Of a stretch of 25,645 bases of DNA, positions 1-8,609 are shown piece by piece; within the stretch, counting starts at the first letter, position 1; each line of letters starts with the position of its first letter. Source of the DNA: an uncultured archaeon (GTDB lineage: Archaea > Asgardarchaeota > Heimdallarchaeia > Heimdallarchaeales > Kariarchaeaceae). The position numbers and the translations under genes were made by a program. The DNA is taken from positions 1 to 25,645 of the forward strand of contig CAZYCQ010000048.1 in the NCBI GenBank assembly GCA_964645535.1. The letters are read 5' to 3'. The notes below the pieces were generated by a model, which saw only the letters and a program-made list of their open reading frames with translations, ran no database searches and was not told the origin of the DNA.

Positions 1-2
1 AG

Positions 3-404
3 AAAGGTGCACGTACCACCTGTGAATTGCCAGAAGGGATCGGTTATTTCGTTAAACCGGGAGTGGTTTTTAATGCCGACGAAGGATTAAGAGCAGTCAA
101 GGAGGAGGTTTTTGGACCTCTGGCTCCAATACTTACCTTTGAGACTGATGAAGAAGCCATTGCTTTGGCCAATAAGACAGATTTTGGCCTGGGGGGTTCA
201 GTATGGACAAAGGATCTTGAGAGAGGAAAACGTATAGCCATGGAGATTCAAGCAGGTTCCGTTTTTGTGAATTGTATCACAAAGTCAGATCCAAGAGTTC
301 CTTTTGGAGGAATAAAGAAAAGTGGATATGGCAAAGAATTGTCATGGCATGGTCTCCGCGAATTCGCAAACGTCAAATCATTGAATATTTATGACCATTC
401 ATGA
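3..404 (+). CDS. NAD(P)-dependent aldehyde dehydrogenase (succinate-semialdehyde dehydrogenase-like), 3' part; 5' end lies outside the window
   Basis: Frame is open from the window edge. Carries ALDH C-terminal motifs EEVFGP, ALAN.TDFGLGGSVWT and SDPRVPFGGIKKSGYGKE. Confidence 0.93.
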   Translation, partial: KGARTTCELPEGIGYFVKPGVVFNADEGLRAVKEEVFGPLAPILTFETDEEAIALANKTDFGLGGSVWTKDLERGKRIAMEIQAGSVFVNCITKSDPRVPFGGIKKSGYGKELSWHGLREFANVKSLNIYDHS

Positions 405-1157
405 TCGAGATTTGATGAAATTGACATAGAAAGTCAAGCCAATCAATGAGGAAACCAAAATGGAAAAAGAGGGAAGATATTCAGGTGGTAGGTTTTTATT
501 GCTGAAAAGATAAAGGAGAAAAACTCCGAATATGGCAAGAGAAAGTACAATAGAAACAGGTGGCAACAAGTCTTTCTGATGTGGGATGTCTTCTTTCTGA
601 GGAAGGAGGATTTTGGCGATGGCCAGTGCCATCAAAACCTTAAGCAGGTCTCCAGGAAGGAAAGGAAAGAAACCCAATAACATTGCATTGAACAGATCAA
701 TGCCAAGGGCAAGCATCAGACCAGCAATGCCAAATACATAGACAATTAACGTTGCAAAGAGCAAAGCCAGCATGAAGGAAGGAACATCACGGTTGTGAGT
801 TGTATCGGCAATCATTCCAACGAGGTAGGAAGCAACGACAAATCCCAAAAGATATCCTCCTGTGGCACCAAGAAGGACGTCTACACCCGTTTTTCCACCT
901 GCGAACTGAAGAAAGCCCATAATGCCGAGAAGCAAGTAGAGCAATTGAGACATCATTCCAAATTTTCGTCCAAGAACAACACCCGAAACCAGAACAAAAA
1001 AAGTTTGAAGAGTTATTGGGACAGGTGTAAAGGGAAGAGGGAACATCAACTTAGCGCCAATTGCAGTCATGATCGCAAAAGAGAATGCACCAATCATCCC
1101 AAAAATTGAATTGGTTCGGGTTAGTGAGTAAGCTCTGTTTTGGAAAGAGGTGAGCAT
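399..1157 (-). CDS. bioY: Biotin transporter BioY (ECF S-component) with a C-terminal extension
   Basis: PFTPVPITLQTF, GG.G...L.GATGGYL.GF and PFLPGDLLK motifs. Start moved to ATG 1157 because the ORF-track start at 1301 overlaps porB. Confidence 0.92.
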   Translation of the reverse strand: MLTSFQNRAYSLTRTNSIFGMIGAFSFAIMTAIGAKLMFPLPFTPVPITLQTFFVLVSGVVLGRKFGMMSQLLYLLLGIMGFLQFAGGKTGVDVLLGATGGYLLGFVVASYLVGMIADTTHNRDVPSFMLALLFATLIVYVFGIAGLMLALGIDLFNAMLLGFFPFLPGDLLKVLMALAIAKILLPQKEDIPHQKDLLPPVSIVLSLAIFGVFLLYLFSNKNLPPEYLPSFSILVSSLIGLTFYVNFIKSRS

Positions 1158-1200
1158 GTGTGAAAGAAAAAAAGGCAGAATTAAAATTATTTGTCCTATT

Positions 1201-2103
1201 TCAGTCCATGAATTTCCTGAGCCAAGTCCAGATGTCTTCAATTTCCTCTTCAACTGCACGGATGACCTCAGGAGTTTCATTGAAACGTCCCTGTACCTCA
1301 AGGAACTCCCTGACAGGAGTGCGTTTGGAGGGATCGATGTACTTTTGACTCCTTCTGCTAAGGGTAACCTTTCCGTTCACAGCTTCATACATAGGCCAGA
1401 AACCTGTTGAATTTGCCAATTGACCGACCTTGACCGTGTTCCGTGTGTCTATTGTCCATCCGGGAGGACATGGAGAAAATATCTGAATGAAACGGAACTG
1501 CCCACTGAACTCTGTGGCAGCCCTTGTAATCTTATCGAAGAGGTCTTCCGGAAAGGCAGCATTGGCGGTGGCCACATAGGGAACCTCTTGGGCAATCATC
1601 AGCCGTGCAACATCCTTCCTACGATTTGGTTTGCCATATGGCGTGGTAGAGGTCTTGGCACCCGCTGGAGTGGCACCACTTTTCTGGTTTCCAGTATTTT
1701 GATAGCCTTGATTGTCGTACATGATGTACAGAATGTTCTCATTTCTTTCAGCAGCCCCAGAGAGGGAGGCAAAACCGATATCGGCAGTGCCACCATCTCC
1801 CGCCCAGACCACCACTTGGGTGTCTGATCCATCAAGCTTCAATTTCCGGGCAATGCCCGAAGCTACTGAAGGAGCAGATGCAAAAGCAGTGTTGAAGATT
1901 GGAACATGCATGCCGTAACCTTGGCCAGCACCCTGAATGACAGACGTGCAACAGGCAGGCACAACGACAATTGCATTGTTCTTCAGGGCAGAAAGAGAGT
2001 GTTTGAATGCCAAGTTCAATTGACACCCAGGACAGGCAAGATTACCCTTCTCAATTGCCTTAGCATCCATTTCAAGTTGTACAAGTTCCTTTGGTTTTAC
2101 CAT
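1201..2103 (-). CDS. porB: Pyruvate/2-oxoacid:ferredoxin oxidoreductase beta subunit (TPP-binding)
   Basis: ACPGC, ACC, TPP motif GDGG-x-DN.GYQNTG.Q.S and SPCP. Start overlaps the porA stop. Confidence 0.95.
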   Translation of the reverse strand: MVKPKELVQLEMDAKAIEKGNLACPGCQLNLAFKHSLSALKNNAIVVVPACCTSVIQGAGQGYGMHVPIFNTAFASAPSVASGIARKLKLDGSDTQVVVWAGDGGTADIGFASLSGAAERNENILYIMYDNQGYQNTGNQKSGATPAGAKTSTTPYGKPNRRKDVARLMIAQEVPYVATANAAFPEDLFDKITRAATEFSGQFRFIQIFSPCPPGWTIDTRNTVKVGQLANSTGFWPMYEAVNGKVTLSRRSQKYIDPSKRTPVREFLEVQGRFNETPEVIRAVEEEIEDIWTWLRKFMD

Positions 2104-3245
2104 TCTTCTTCCTCCATTAAAACTTCTTCAGCGACCTCAGCAATCTCGTGGAAGGCCACATCTTTTCCCCCATACCCCATCGGTCTTGAATAGACAGGAA
2201 CGGAAACACGATTCATGTAGAGGGAATTTCTGATTTCAGAAACCAGAGGGGGTTGGCTTCCAAAGCTGAAGCCCCTGTCAATTACCATGAGCTTCCCGAA
2301 ATTCCTTGCCAAATGGGCAACTTTTTCTGAAGGGAAAGGTCTGAAAGAACGGATACGAAGAACAGCGGCACTTTTTCCCTTGGATTTTAATAGATCCACT
2401 GCCTCTTCAGCTTCTTCTGCAATGGTTCCCATGGCAACAATTGCCAGATCGGCATTTTCCTCCCCGTAGACCTCTATTAGATCACCCCAATTCCGTCCAG
2501 TAAGATCAGCCCATTCCTGTGAAACTTTCGTAATGATGGTCTTTGCCCGTTCCATTGAATCCAAAAGATCCTGACGAAGAAGTTTGTAATCATCAGGAAG
2601 AGTCAGGGCACCAAAAGACACAGGATCTTTCGGATCAAGCTTGAATATTGGATTTAGTGGAGGCAAAAAGTCATCAACTGTTCTTTGGTCGAGTGGTTTG
2701 ACTTGTCCAGCCACATGACTGAGTACAAACCCATCGATATTTACGGCGGCAGGCATATAGACATCATGGTTTTCTGCAACTTTGAACGCCTGAATCGTCA
2801 AATCATATGCCTCTTGATTGTTTTTGGCGAACAACTGTATCCAGCCAGCATCACGCATCGAATAGGCATCCTGGTGATCGACCCAGATGCTCCAACCAGG
2901 AGCCAAGGCTCTATTCACAAGTCCGATCACGATTGGCAACCGCCCATAACCAGCCCAATAGATCATTTCCATCATGTAGAGCAATCCCTGAGAAGAAGTG
3001 GCTGTAAAAACTCGTGCTCCAGCTGTTGCACCGCCGATCACACCGGCCATTGCGGAATGTTCACTTTCCACCGGAATAAACTCTGCCCTAAGTCTTCCGG
3101 TTTCCACAGCCTTGCTGAGTGTTTCAATGATTGGAGTTGAGGGAGTAATCGGGTATGCTGCGATTACTTCAGGTCGGGAAAGGATTGCTGCTTCAGCAAT
3201 TGCCTGATTTCCAGTCCAAATTTCCACCTTGCTCAGATCATGCAT
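2097..3245 (-). CDS. porA: Pyruvate/2-oxoacid:ferredoxin oxidoreductase alpha subunit
   Basis: GNQAIA, AAYPITPST, VESEHSAM, TATSSQGL and RIRSFRPFP. Start ATG 3245 follows the SD GGAGGTGA. Confidence 0.95.
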   Translation of the reverse strand: MHDLSKVEIWTGNQAIAEAAILSRPEVIAAYPITPSTPIIETLSKAVETGRLRAEFIPVESEHSAMAGVIGGATAGARVFTATSSQGLLYMMEMIYWAGYGRLPIVIGLVNRALAPGWSIWVDHQDAYSMRDAGWIQLFAKNNQEAYDLTIQAFKVAENHDVYMPAAVNIDGFVLSHVAGQVKPLDQRTVDDFLPPLNPIFKLDPKDPVSFGALTLPDDYKLLRQDLLDSMERAKTIITKVSQEWADLTGRNWGDLIEVYGEENADLAIVAMGTIAEEAEEAVDLLKSKGKSAAVLRIRSFRPFPSEKVAHLARNFGKLMVIDRGFSFGSQPPLVSEIRNSLYMNRVSVPVYSRPMGYGGKDVAFHEIAEVAEEVLMEEEEW

Positions 3246-3519
3246 CACGATCACCTCCAGGCAGGGTTTCCACTTCTGAAATTGCATGGACAGGGCAGAC
3301 CGCTTCACAGATCATGCACCCTTTGCAATAGTATTGGTCAATCATTGGGAAACCATCGGCATCTAAACTAATAACATCATCTGGACAATGGATAACGCAT
3401 TTCATGCATTTCGTACATTTTTCAATATCCAAATCCGGTCTTTGTGTTCTCCATTCGCTTGTTCGTCCTGCAACTCCAGCCATGGGTCGGACAACCGGAT
3501 GAATTCTGCGTTCATTCAT
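3238..3519 (-). CDS. porD: 2-oxoacid:ferredoxin oxidoreductase delta subunit (2x[4Fe-4S])
   Basis: T..WRT.RP plus CTKCMKCVIHCP and YCKGCMICEAVCP. ATG 3519 follows GGAGG and overlaps the porC stop. Confidence 0.95.
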   Translation of the reverse strand: MNERRIHPVVRPMAGVAGRTSEWRTQRPDLDIEKCTKCMKCVIHCPDDVISLDADGFPMIDQYYCKGCMICEAVCPVHAISEVETLPGGDRDA

Positions 3520-4123
3520 TCGCGACAACCTCCATTTTTTTCTTTTTGAGTTCCTCCAAAGGAACGACAATTGTTTGTTCATAGCATTCTTTCACAGCGG
3601 CATGATTTGCATCCAAATATTTGGAGTCAGGGAATACCTTGTCAATTGCCTTATGCAGTGATTCTAGAGTAATTATCTGAGTTGTTTTTATGAATGCCCC
3701 CAATGCGGGAATCCCTATGAGCGTGGATCCACTTTTCACAAGACCATGCTTTTTAGCGATTTCTTGGACATTGACATAGCCGATCTTTGCCGGAGAATAT
3801 TTCAAATATTCAGGAGGGATATCGGCAACATTGACCGTAATGGATCCCTGCCCGGCAAAGAAATCCTCGGTGTAGAATCGTGGGACGAGAGTGTAATCCA
3901 AAGATAGAATTTCTTTTGGATTGAGAATCTGGGCATGCCTTTTGACAGGGCGATCAAATATCCTGACAGACGACATTACTGGAGCACCCCGTCTTTCTGC
4001 ACCGTATTTTGGGATGGCACTGGCATATTTGCCATCATAGGTGGCAGCATAGGCGAGAACCTTTCCAAGAGTTACACCACCCTGTCCACCCCTAGATAGA
4101 ATTCCTACTTCATATTCTGGCAT
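3512..4123 (-). CDS. porC: 2-oxoacid:ferredoxin oxidoreductase gamma subunit
   Basis: RGGQGGVT and P.YGAERRGAPV. First gene of a gamma-delta-alpha-beta operon. Confidence 0.95.
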   Translation of the reverse strand: MPEYEVGILSRGGQGGVTLGKVLAYAATYDGKYASAIPKYGAERRGAPVMSSVRIFDRPVKRHAQILNPKEILSLDYTLVPRFYTEDFFAGQGSITVNVADIPPEYLKYSPAKIGYVNVQEIAKKHGLVKSGSTLIGIPALGAFIKTTQIITLESLHKAIDKVFPDSKYLDANHAAVKECYEQTIVVPLEELKKKKMEVVANE

Positions 4124-4127
4124 GGAA

Positions 4128-4175
4128 TCACTCCTAAAAATGATTATGGGAATGTTTGAAAAGGGATATAAAAAA
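4128..4175 (-). promoter_or_regulatory. Putative por operon promoter (TATA-like TTTTTTATAT, 4175-4166) and SD (AGGAGTGA, 4135-4128)
   Basis: Archaeal-type TATA box and SD in appropriate positions upstream of the porC ATG. Confidence 0.55.
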
Positions 4176-4264
4176 GATAGTTTGTACGAAGGGAACTATG
4201 CTTTCTTTTTGATAGGAACTAATGAAAAAGCAAGTAAAATTGTTTATTTGAGGGATCTGAGGTA

Positions 4265-4675
4265 TCAGTCTTTGAATTCATAACCCAGAAATGCTACTCC
4301 GATGATAAGGAAGAGAAAGTTCATGAAAACATTCAACGAGAAACTGAAAAGCAAGGAAGCGATCGTGTCTGTGACAAACCAGATCCATAGACCATAAAAG
4401 GCAAATTTTCTTCTTTCTGCCAACGTTTCCTTGGTTAATGACCAGACTAGAAAACCAGTCAAATACATCAGCGCACCCATTGTTGCCGAATAAAAAAGGC
4501 CGACAGATCGTCCCGCATCCGAAAGATCCGTAGGTAAATAGGCAGGGGACAGGGTCATCAGAAATTCAATGGAAAAATCTCTGAAAAGGAGTGCACCGAA
4601 ATAAAAGATGTCACCAACTCCAATGAGTATCATAGAGAGGATGAACAGGTATTTTGAATCGTTTCGCAAAGGCAT
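4265..4675 (-). CDS. Hypothetical integral membrane protein (about 4 TM helices)
   Basis: 136-aa ORF with alternating hydrophobic segments and a WFVTDT..S......NV..N pattern. It fills an otherwise empty interval. Confidence 0.8.
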   Translation of the reverse strand: MPLRNDSKYLFILSMILIGVGDIFYFGALLFRDFSIEFLMTLSPAYLPTDLSDAGRSVGLFYSATMGALMYLTGFLVWSLTKETLAERRKFAFYGLWIWFVTDTIASLLFSFSLNVFMNFLFLIIGVAFLGYEFKD

Positions 4676-4819
4676 AGTAAATTAAATTTAACATCATGGA
4701 ATATAAATTTAACATCATGCGGCTCTACCAAAGGTCTAAAACACTAGGAGAAGGGAGAATTTTTACGAATATTGGAATTTTGTTAAATATTTTTTACATC
4801 ATGTAATATAAGTTTAACA
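4676..4819. promoter_or_regulatory. Four 18-bp semi-palindromic operator boxes (consensus TGTWA-N8-TWACA) in two pairs
   Basis: AGTAAATTAAATTTAACA 4676-4693, TGGAATATAAATTTAACA 4697-4714, TGTTAAATATTTTTTACA 4781-4798 and TGTAATATAAGTTTAACA 4802-4819. Each pair is separated by TCA, giving a 21-bp period. Confidence 0.7.
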
Positions 4820-4860
4820 GAATATGTAATCTTTTTCTTTGACAGTGACTGAGAGAAGGC

Positions 4861-5244
4861 ATGAAAGAAAATACCGATTTCTTTTGGGCAATCTTGTTCG
4901 TGATTGCCTTGGTGGCTGACAGTATTATTATCTCTTGGGCAGTTTTCACAAAGAACTCTTGGCTGGTTTATTTCATGGTGATCATTGCCCTTGGGGGATT
5001 AGGGTTTCTATATAGAGGTTGGAACAAAGACGAACGTACTGACAAGGCAATTGACAATTCAGCTAGGATGGCAATAATAATTTTTGTCATTACAGCATCA
5101 GTGATTGGATCGGTAACACTTTTTTTGAGTGACATCGGAATTGCAGATTTATGGCAGATCGGAACAACTTTGATCATTAGTGTTTTGTTCATAGCCTACA
5201 CGCTTCTTGTTCTTGCGGTATGGAATGAACAGGATCTAAGGTGA
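4861..5244 (+). CDS. DUF2178-like membrane protein
   Basis: Four TM segments with a central DERT...I..SA motif, directly upstream of an XRE HTH gene, which is the usual pairing. Confidence 0.75.
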   Translation: MKENTDFFWAILFVIALVADSIIISWAVFTKNSWLVYFMVIIALGGLGFLYRGWNKDERTDKAIDNSARMAIIIFVITASVIGSVTLFLSDIGIADLWQIGTTLIISVLFIAYTLLVLAVWNEQDLR

Positions 5245-5248
5245 TGGG

Positions 5249-5497
5249 ATGCCAAGCATCAGAAGAAAAAAATCGGCCAAGGATTACAACGTGAAATGGA
5301 AGTGCCTTTTGAAGCAATACAGGCTTCAACGAGAGATGACGCAAATTGAGTTGGCAAGCGAATTGGGGGTGACCAGGCAAACCGTTGCAGCTATTGAAAA
5401 AGCAAAATATAATCCTTCACTTCTGTTGGCCTATAAGATCTCAAGAGTATTTGGAGTCAAGATCGAAGATATTTTCCAGTTTGAAGAAACTGAATAA
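5249..5497 (+). CDS. XRE/Cro-C1 family HTH transcriptional regulator
   Basis: MTQ.ELA..LGVTRQTV.AIEK.KYNPSL.LAYKI..VFG..IEDIF. SD GGTGA lies upstream. Confidence 0.95.
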   Translation: MPSIRRKKSAKDYNVKWKCLLKQYRLQREMTQIELASELGVTRQTVAAIEKAKYNPSLLLAYKISRVFGVKIEDIFQFEETE

Positions 5498-5533
5498 ACA
5501 TAGAGTTAATATATCAAAAATAAGATTGATTTC

Positions 5534-5926
5534 ATGGACAAGCCACTAAAGTTGGGACATCATTTGGAAATCTGTTTCTCTGTGGAAAATATGGAAAAAA
5601 CAATTGAGTTCTATAAAAAACTGGGAATGAAGATTTACAGTGGAGGACCTGATAAAGGTTGGTGCACCATGACCGATGGCACGGCCTATTTTGCCTTATT
5701 TCCACAAGGATTTATTGAAAAGGAGTTTGGAGTTAAAATTCTCTTCAACTTTAGAGGAGGAAATATAACAAAGCTGATTGCCTACTTGAAAAACAGGGGG
5801 ATAAAGTTTCAGAAAGAAAATCCGAGAGAAGATGGAACCGGTGACGCGATTTTCACGGATCCTGAAGGAAACAAATTTTATCTTGACACTGTTGACTTTG
5901 AGGAACGGATAGATTTAGACGAGTAG
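5534..5926 (+). CDS. VOC (glyoxalase/bleomycin-resistance fold) protein
   Basis: H.EI.FSV.N.EKT.EFY.KLG at the N-terminus and FTDPEGN near the C-terminus. Confidence 0.9.
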   Translation: MDKPLKLGHHLEICFSVENMEKTIEFYKKLGMKIYSGGPDKGWCTMTDGTAYFALFPQGFIEKEFGVKILFNFRGGNITKLIAYLKNRGIKFQKENPREDGTGDAIFTDPEGNKFYLDTVDFEERIDLDE

Positions 5927-7114
5927 TGAAACAATCAAGAGAAAATTGCGTTTAAGAGGAAGCAGGCTTGAATTGCTTGCATCCACCCATTCGTCCAAGC
6001 TATGGGCATTGCCAGCAAGTCCTGAACCAGAAACTGCAATGCCTTGGATACCGAGGTTTTGTGGAATATTGGCATCAGTACTACTTGCTTTCAGTTCTAC
6101 GGGCACACCAAAGAACTTGGTAACCTCTATTGCATTGGTGAGAAGTTTGCCCTCAGGACATCTTCCAGCAGGTCTGTCCCCAATCTTTTCAATGGAAGCA
6201 GCAATGAACCCTTCAGACGAGGTGCTTTCAACTTTTTTTGCTTTTTCCACAAGGTTTCTGATCTGTTGTTCTAACTTCAGGAGGGCATCGGGGTCTTCTG
6301 AACGAACATCTACAAGACAGGTTGCTTTTTCTGGAATTGCGTTGACTGAAATCCCTCCTTCAACAAGCCCGACGTTGTAGGTGGTCTTGACTGATTTTGG
6401 AAGTTTCAGTGATTTCAGTGAAACAATGAAATTGCTTAATGCATAAACAGGATTAGCGCGACCGAAATGCTGAAAACTGTGCCCACCCGGTCCAGTAAAG
6501 ATTATTCTATATCGTTTGCTCCCGATGGACTGGGAAACAATTGTGCCTGCCCCTGCTGAATCAATGGTGATAAAATATTTGATTTTGGCAAAGCGATTCT
6601 GGTGTTCTGAACCAAAGAATATGTGTTTCGTTCCTCGCAGATCACCTATCCCCTCTTCTCCCACATTGGCTATAAAATAAATTGGCAACTTGCCTTGGAA
6701 CTTTCTAAGAAGTTCTGCAATAATGAGAAGGTTAGCAAGTCCTCTTGAATCATCTCCAACACCAGGGCCAAAAATTCTATTCCCATCTCTTCTAATTTTA
6801 AGAGGAGTACCTTCAGGGAAAACGGTGTCAAGATGGGCACAAATTACAATGCAATCTTGCGCGTCATTCTTGGATCCAAGTGAGGTAGAAGCTATGACAT
6901 TTCCCACTTCGTCAATCATTGTCGGATAGCCCATATCCCTGAATTTTTCTGCGATGAATTTCCCCCTTTCCCCCTCTCCAAAAGGAGGAGCTGCAATGCT
7001 GGCAATTTCCATTGTGAGAGAATTGAGTTTCTCTAATGAGGAATCAATAAGACCCATTTGGTTGGAAACAAGTCCAGCAATCTTTGAAATTTCCATAGAC
7101 TTAATCATGACCAA
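5915..7114 (-). CDS. M20/M25/M40 family metallopeptidase/amidohydrolase
   Basis: AHLDTVFP, GPG.GDD, VGEEG.GDLRG, GPGGHS, STDAN and AHSLDEW. True start may be ATG 7096. Confidence 0.93.
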   Translation of the reverse strand: MVMIKSMEISKIAGLVSNQMGLIDSSLEKLNSLTMEIASIAAPPFGEGERGKFIAEKFRDMGYPTMIDEVGNVIASTSLGSKNDAQDCIVICAHLDTVFPEGTPLKIRRDGNRIFGPGVGDDSRGLANLLIIAELLRKFQGKLPIYFIANVGEEGIGDLRGTKHIFFGSEHQNRFAKIKYFITIDSAGAGTIVSQSIGSKRYRIIFTGPGGHSFQHFGRANPVYALSNFIVSLKSLKLPKSVKTTYNVGLVEGGISVNAIPEKATCLVDVRSEDPDALLKLEQQIRNLVEKAKKVESTSSEGFIAASIEKIGDRPAGRCPEGKLLTNAIEVTKFFGVPVELKASSTDANIPQNLGIQGIAVSGSGLAGNAHSLDEWVDASNSSLLPLKRNFLLIVSLLV

Positions 7115-7149
7115 TGGTTTAAGACAATAATGAACTAGGAAAGTTAGGA

Positions 7150-7713
7150 TCAGTCAGGAATTAACGGGGAAACTTCTTCCAAAATGCGGACAATATTGCG
7201 TACGTCATCGATTCCCCGATGGGGGGTTCCTATGAAGTTCAAACCTAAATATTTGAGCATTCCATTTATTGATTTTGGTTTGGAAATGGGAAGGAATTTG
7301 GGAAGCCAGCGTTTGAGATCAAGATGCTCATCATCAAAGGGATAAGGAACCTTATGTAATCTGCAATCCTGTACTAGTTGGTTTCTGTCATAGCGACCCC
7401 AAGAAGCGAAGAGTGGGTCAAATGGTTCGATTATGGCTTTTTTGAATGCATTGAGGACTTCGGGAAAAGAAGAAGCCTGATTAACCATTTCCTGCGTAAT
7501 GGAGGTCAGGTTGGTACAAAACTCAGTCAATTGGGGATGTAGTGTTGGTTTGACAAACTGGTCAAAACGGGCTATTTCCTTTAGATCCCTATCAATCATA
7601 ATGCAGGCGAATTCGATTATTTCAGTTTCATTTCTGGGGATTTCGCCTTTATCAGAACAAGTTGCTTCAAAATCGATTACTGCAACATATTTTTTCTTCG
7701 TTGGGAAGTCCAT
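7150..7713 (-). CDS. DEDDh 3'-5' exonuclease, ERI1/3'hExo/KapD-like
   Basis: ExoI VIDFEATC and EIIEF, then FVKP...P.LTEFCT.LT.ITQ, ExoII SWG.YD and ExoIII HRGIDD..N. Confidence 0.92.
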   Translation of the reverse strand: MDFPTKKKYVAVIDFEATCSDKGEIPRNETEIIEFACIMIDRDLKEIARFDQFVKPTLHPQLTEFCTNLTSITQEMVNQASSFPEVLNAFKKAIIEPFDPLFASWGRYDRNQLVQDCRLHKVPYPFDDEHLDLKRWLPKFLPISKPKSINGMLKYLGLNFIGTPHRGIDDVRNIVRILEEVSPLIPD

Positions 7714-7799
7714 TGTTTTGAATGGATTAGTTACGTAATAAACTTTTTTTATTATAAGAGGAAATCAAATCTTTTTAATTTGGAAGGTATAATTTCTGC

Positions 7800-8579
7800 A
7801 TGAATAAAGATGCAAGGCTGCACCTGAATGACAGCAATCAAATTCCCATAATGGGGATTGGAACTTGGGATATGCGAGGGGAGGAATGTGTTAATGCTCT
7901 GCTATCTGCCTTCAGGATAGGATATAGGCATATCGATACAGCATCATACTATGGAAATGAACGGGAAGTGGGAGAGGCAATTCGAAAATCAGGAAGAGAC
8001 AGAGATGAGTTTTTCGTGACAACAAAAATTTGGCCCAATCAATTGGCAGGAAGATTGCCAAGAAAGCATTCAAGAAAAGCCTTGAACGTCTGGACACTGA
8101 TTACATTGATCTTTATCTAATTCATTGGCCATCAGATTGGAAGAGGACGGAGGAGACTTGGTTAGAACTCATTGATTTGAATTCAGAAGATACGCTGCGA
8201 GCAATTGGTGTATCAAATTTTTCGATCAACCAGCTGGAAGACTTGAAAGATCTTGGGGATACTATCCCTGCAAATAATCAGGTTCGTTTTCATCCATTTT
8301 CATTCAATCAGGCTCTTCTGGACTATTGCAAATCAGAAGGAATTGCATTGACATAGCCCCTTAGGGGAAGGAAGACTTGTTTCAGATCCAAGGATCAAAG
8401 AGATTGCAACCAGATATGGAAAAAGTTCCGCGCAGGTGTTGCTCAGGTGGGGACTGCAAAAGGGGGTCATCCAGATACCCAAATCATCAGACCCACACAG
8501 ACAGAAGGAAAATATTGAAATTTTTGATTTTGAGCTTAGTAAGGATGATGTGAATTATTTGGATCACCTAAATGAATAG
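7800..8579 (+). pseudogene. Aldo/keto reductase (AKR5/2,5-DKG reductase-like) split by two frameshifts
   Basis: Three AKR segments: 7800 to about 8046 (GYRHIDTASYYGNE..FVTTKIW), about 8046-8353 in a second frame (SLERL.TDYIDLYLIHWP..IGVSNF..NQV), and 8355-8579 back in the first frame (SPLGEG..AQVLLRWGLQKG..IPKS...RQKENI.IFDF.L). Confidence 0.88.
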
Positions 8580-8609
8580 GCCGCCGTCATTCCAACCAAA
8601 AGGAGGTCT

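Noticed and set aside
399-404. Convergent stop codons sharing the palindrome TCATGA (also at 24873-24878)
   Set aside because: An expected consequence of compact convergent gene packing. No further signal.
4683-4719. Exact 16-bp direct repeat as a CRISPR remnant
   Set aside because: Only two copies with a 5-nt spacer and no cas genes. Better explained as operator boxes.
8354-8356. In-frame TAG in the AKR as pyrrolysine or readthrough
   Set aside because: The downstream AKR sequence continues in a different frame, so this is an indel rather than stop-codon recoding.
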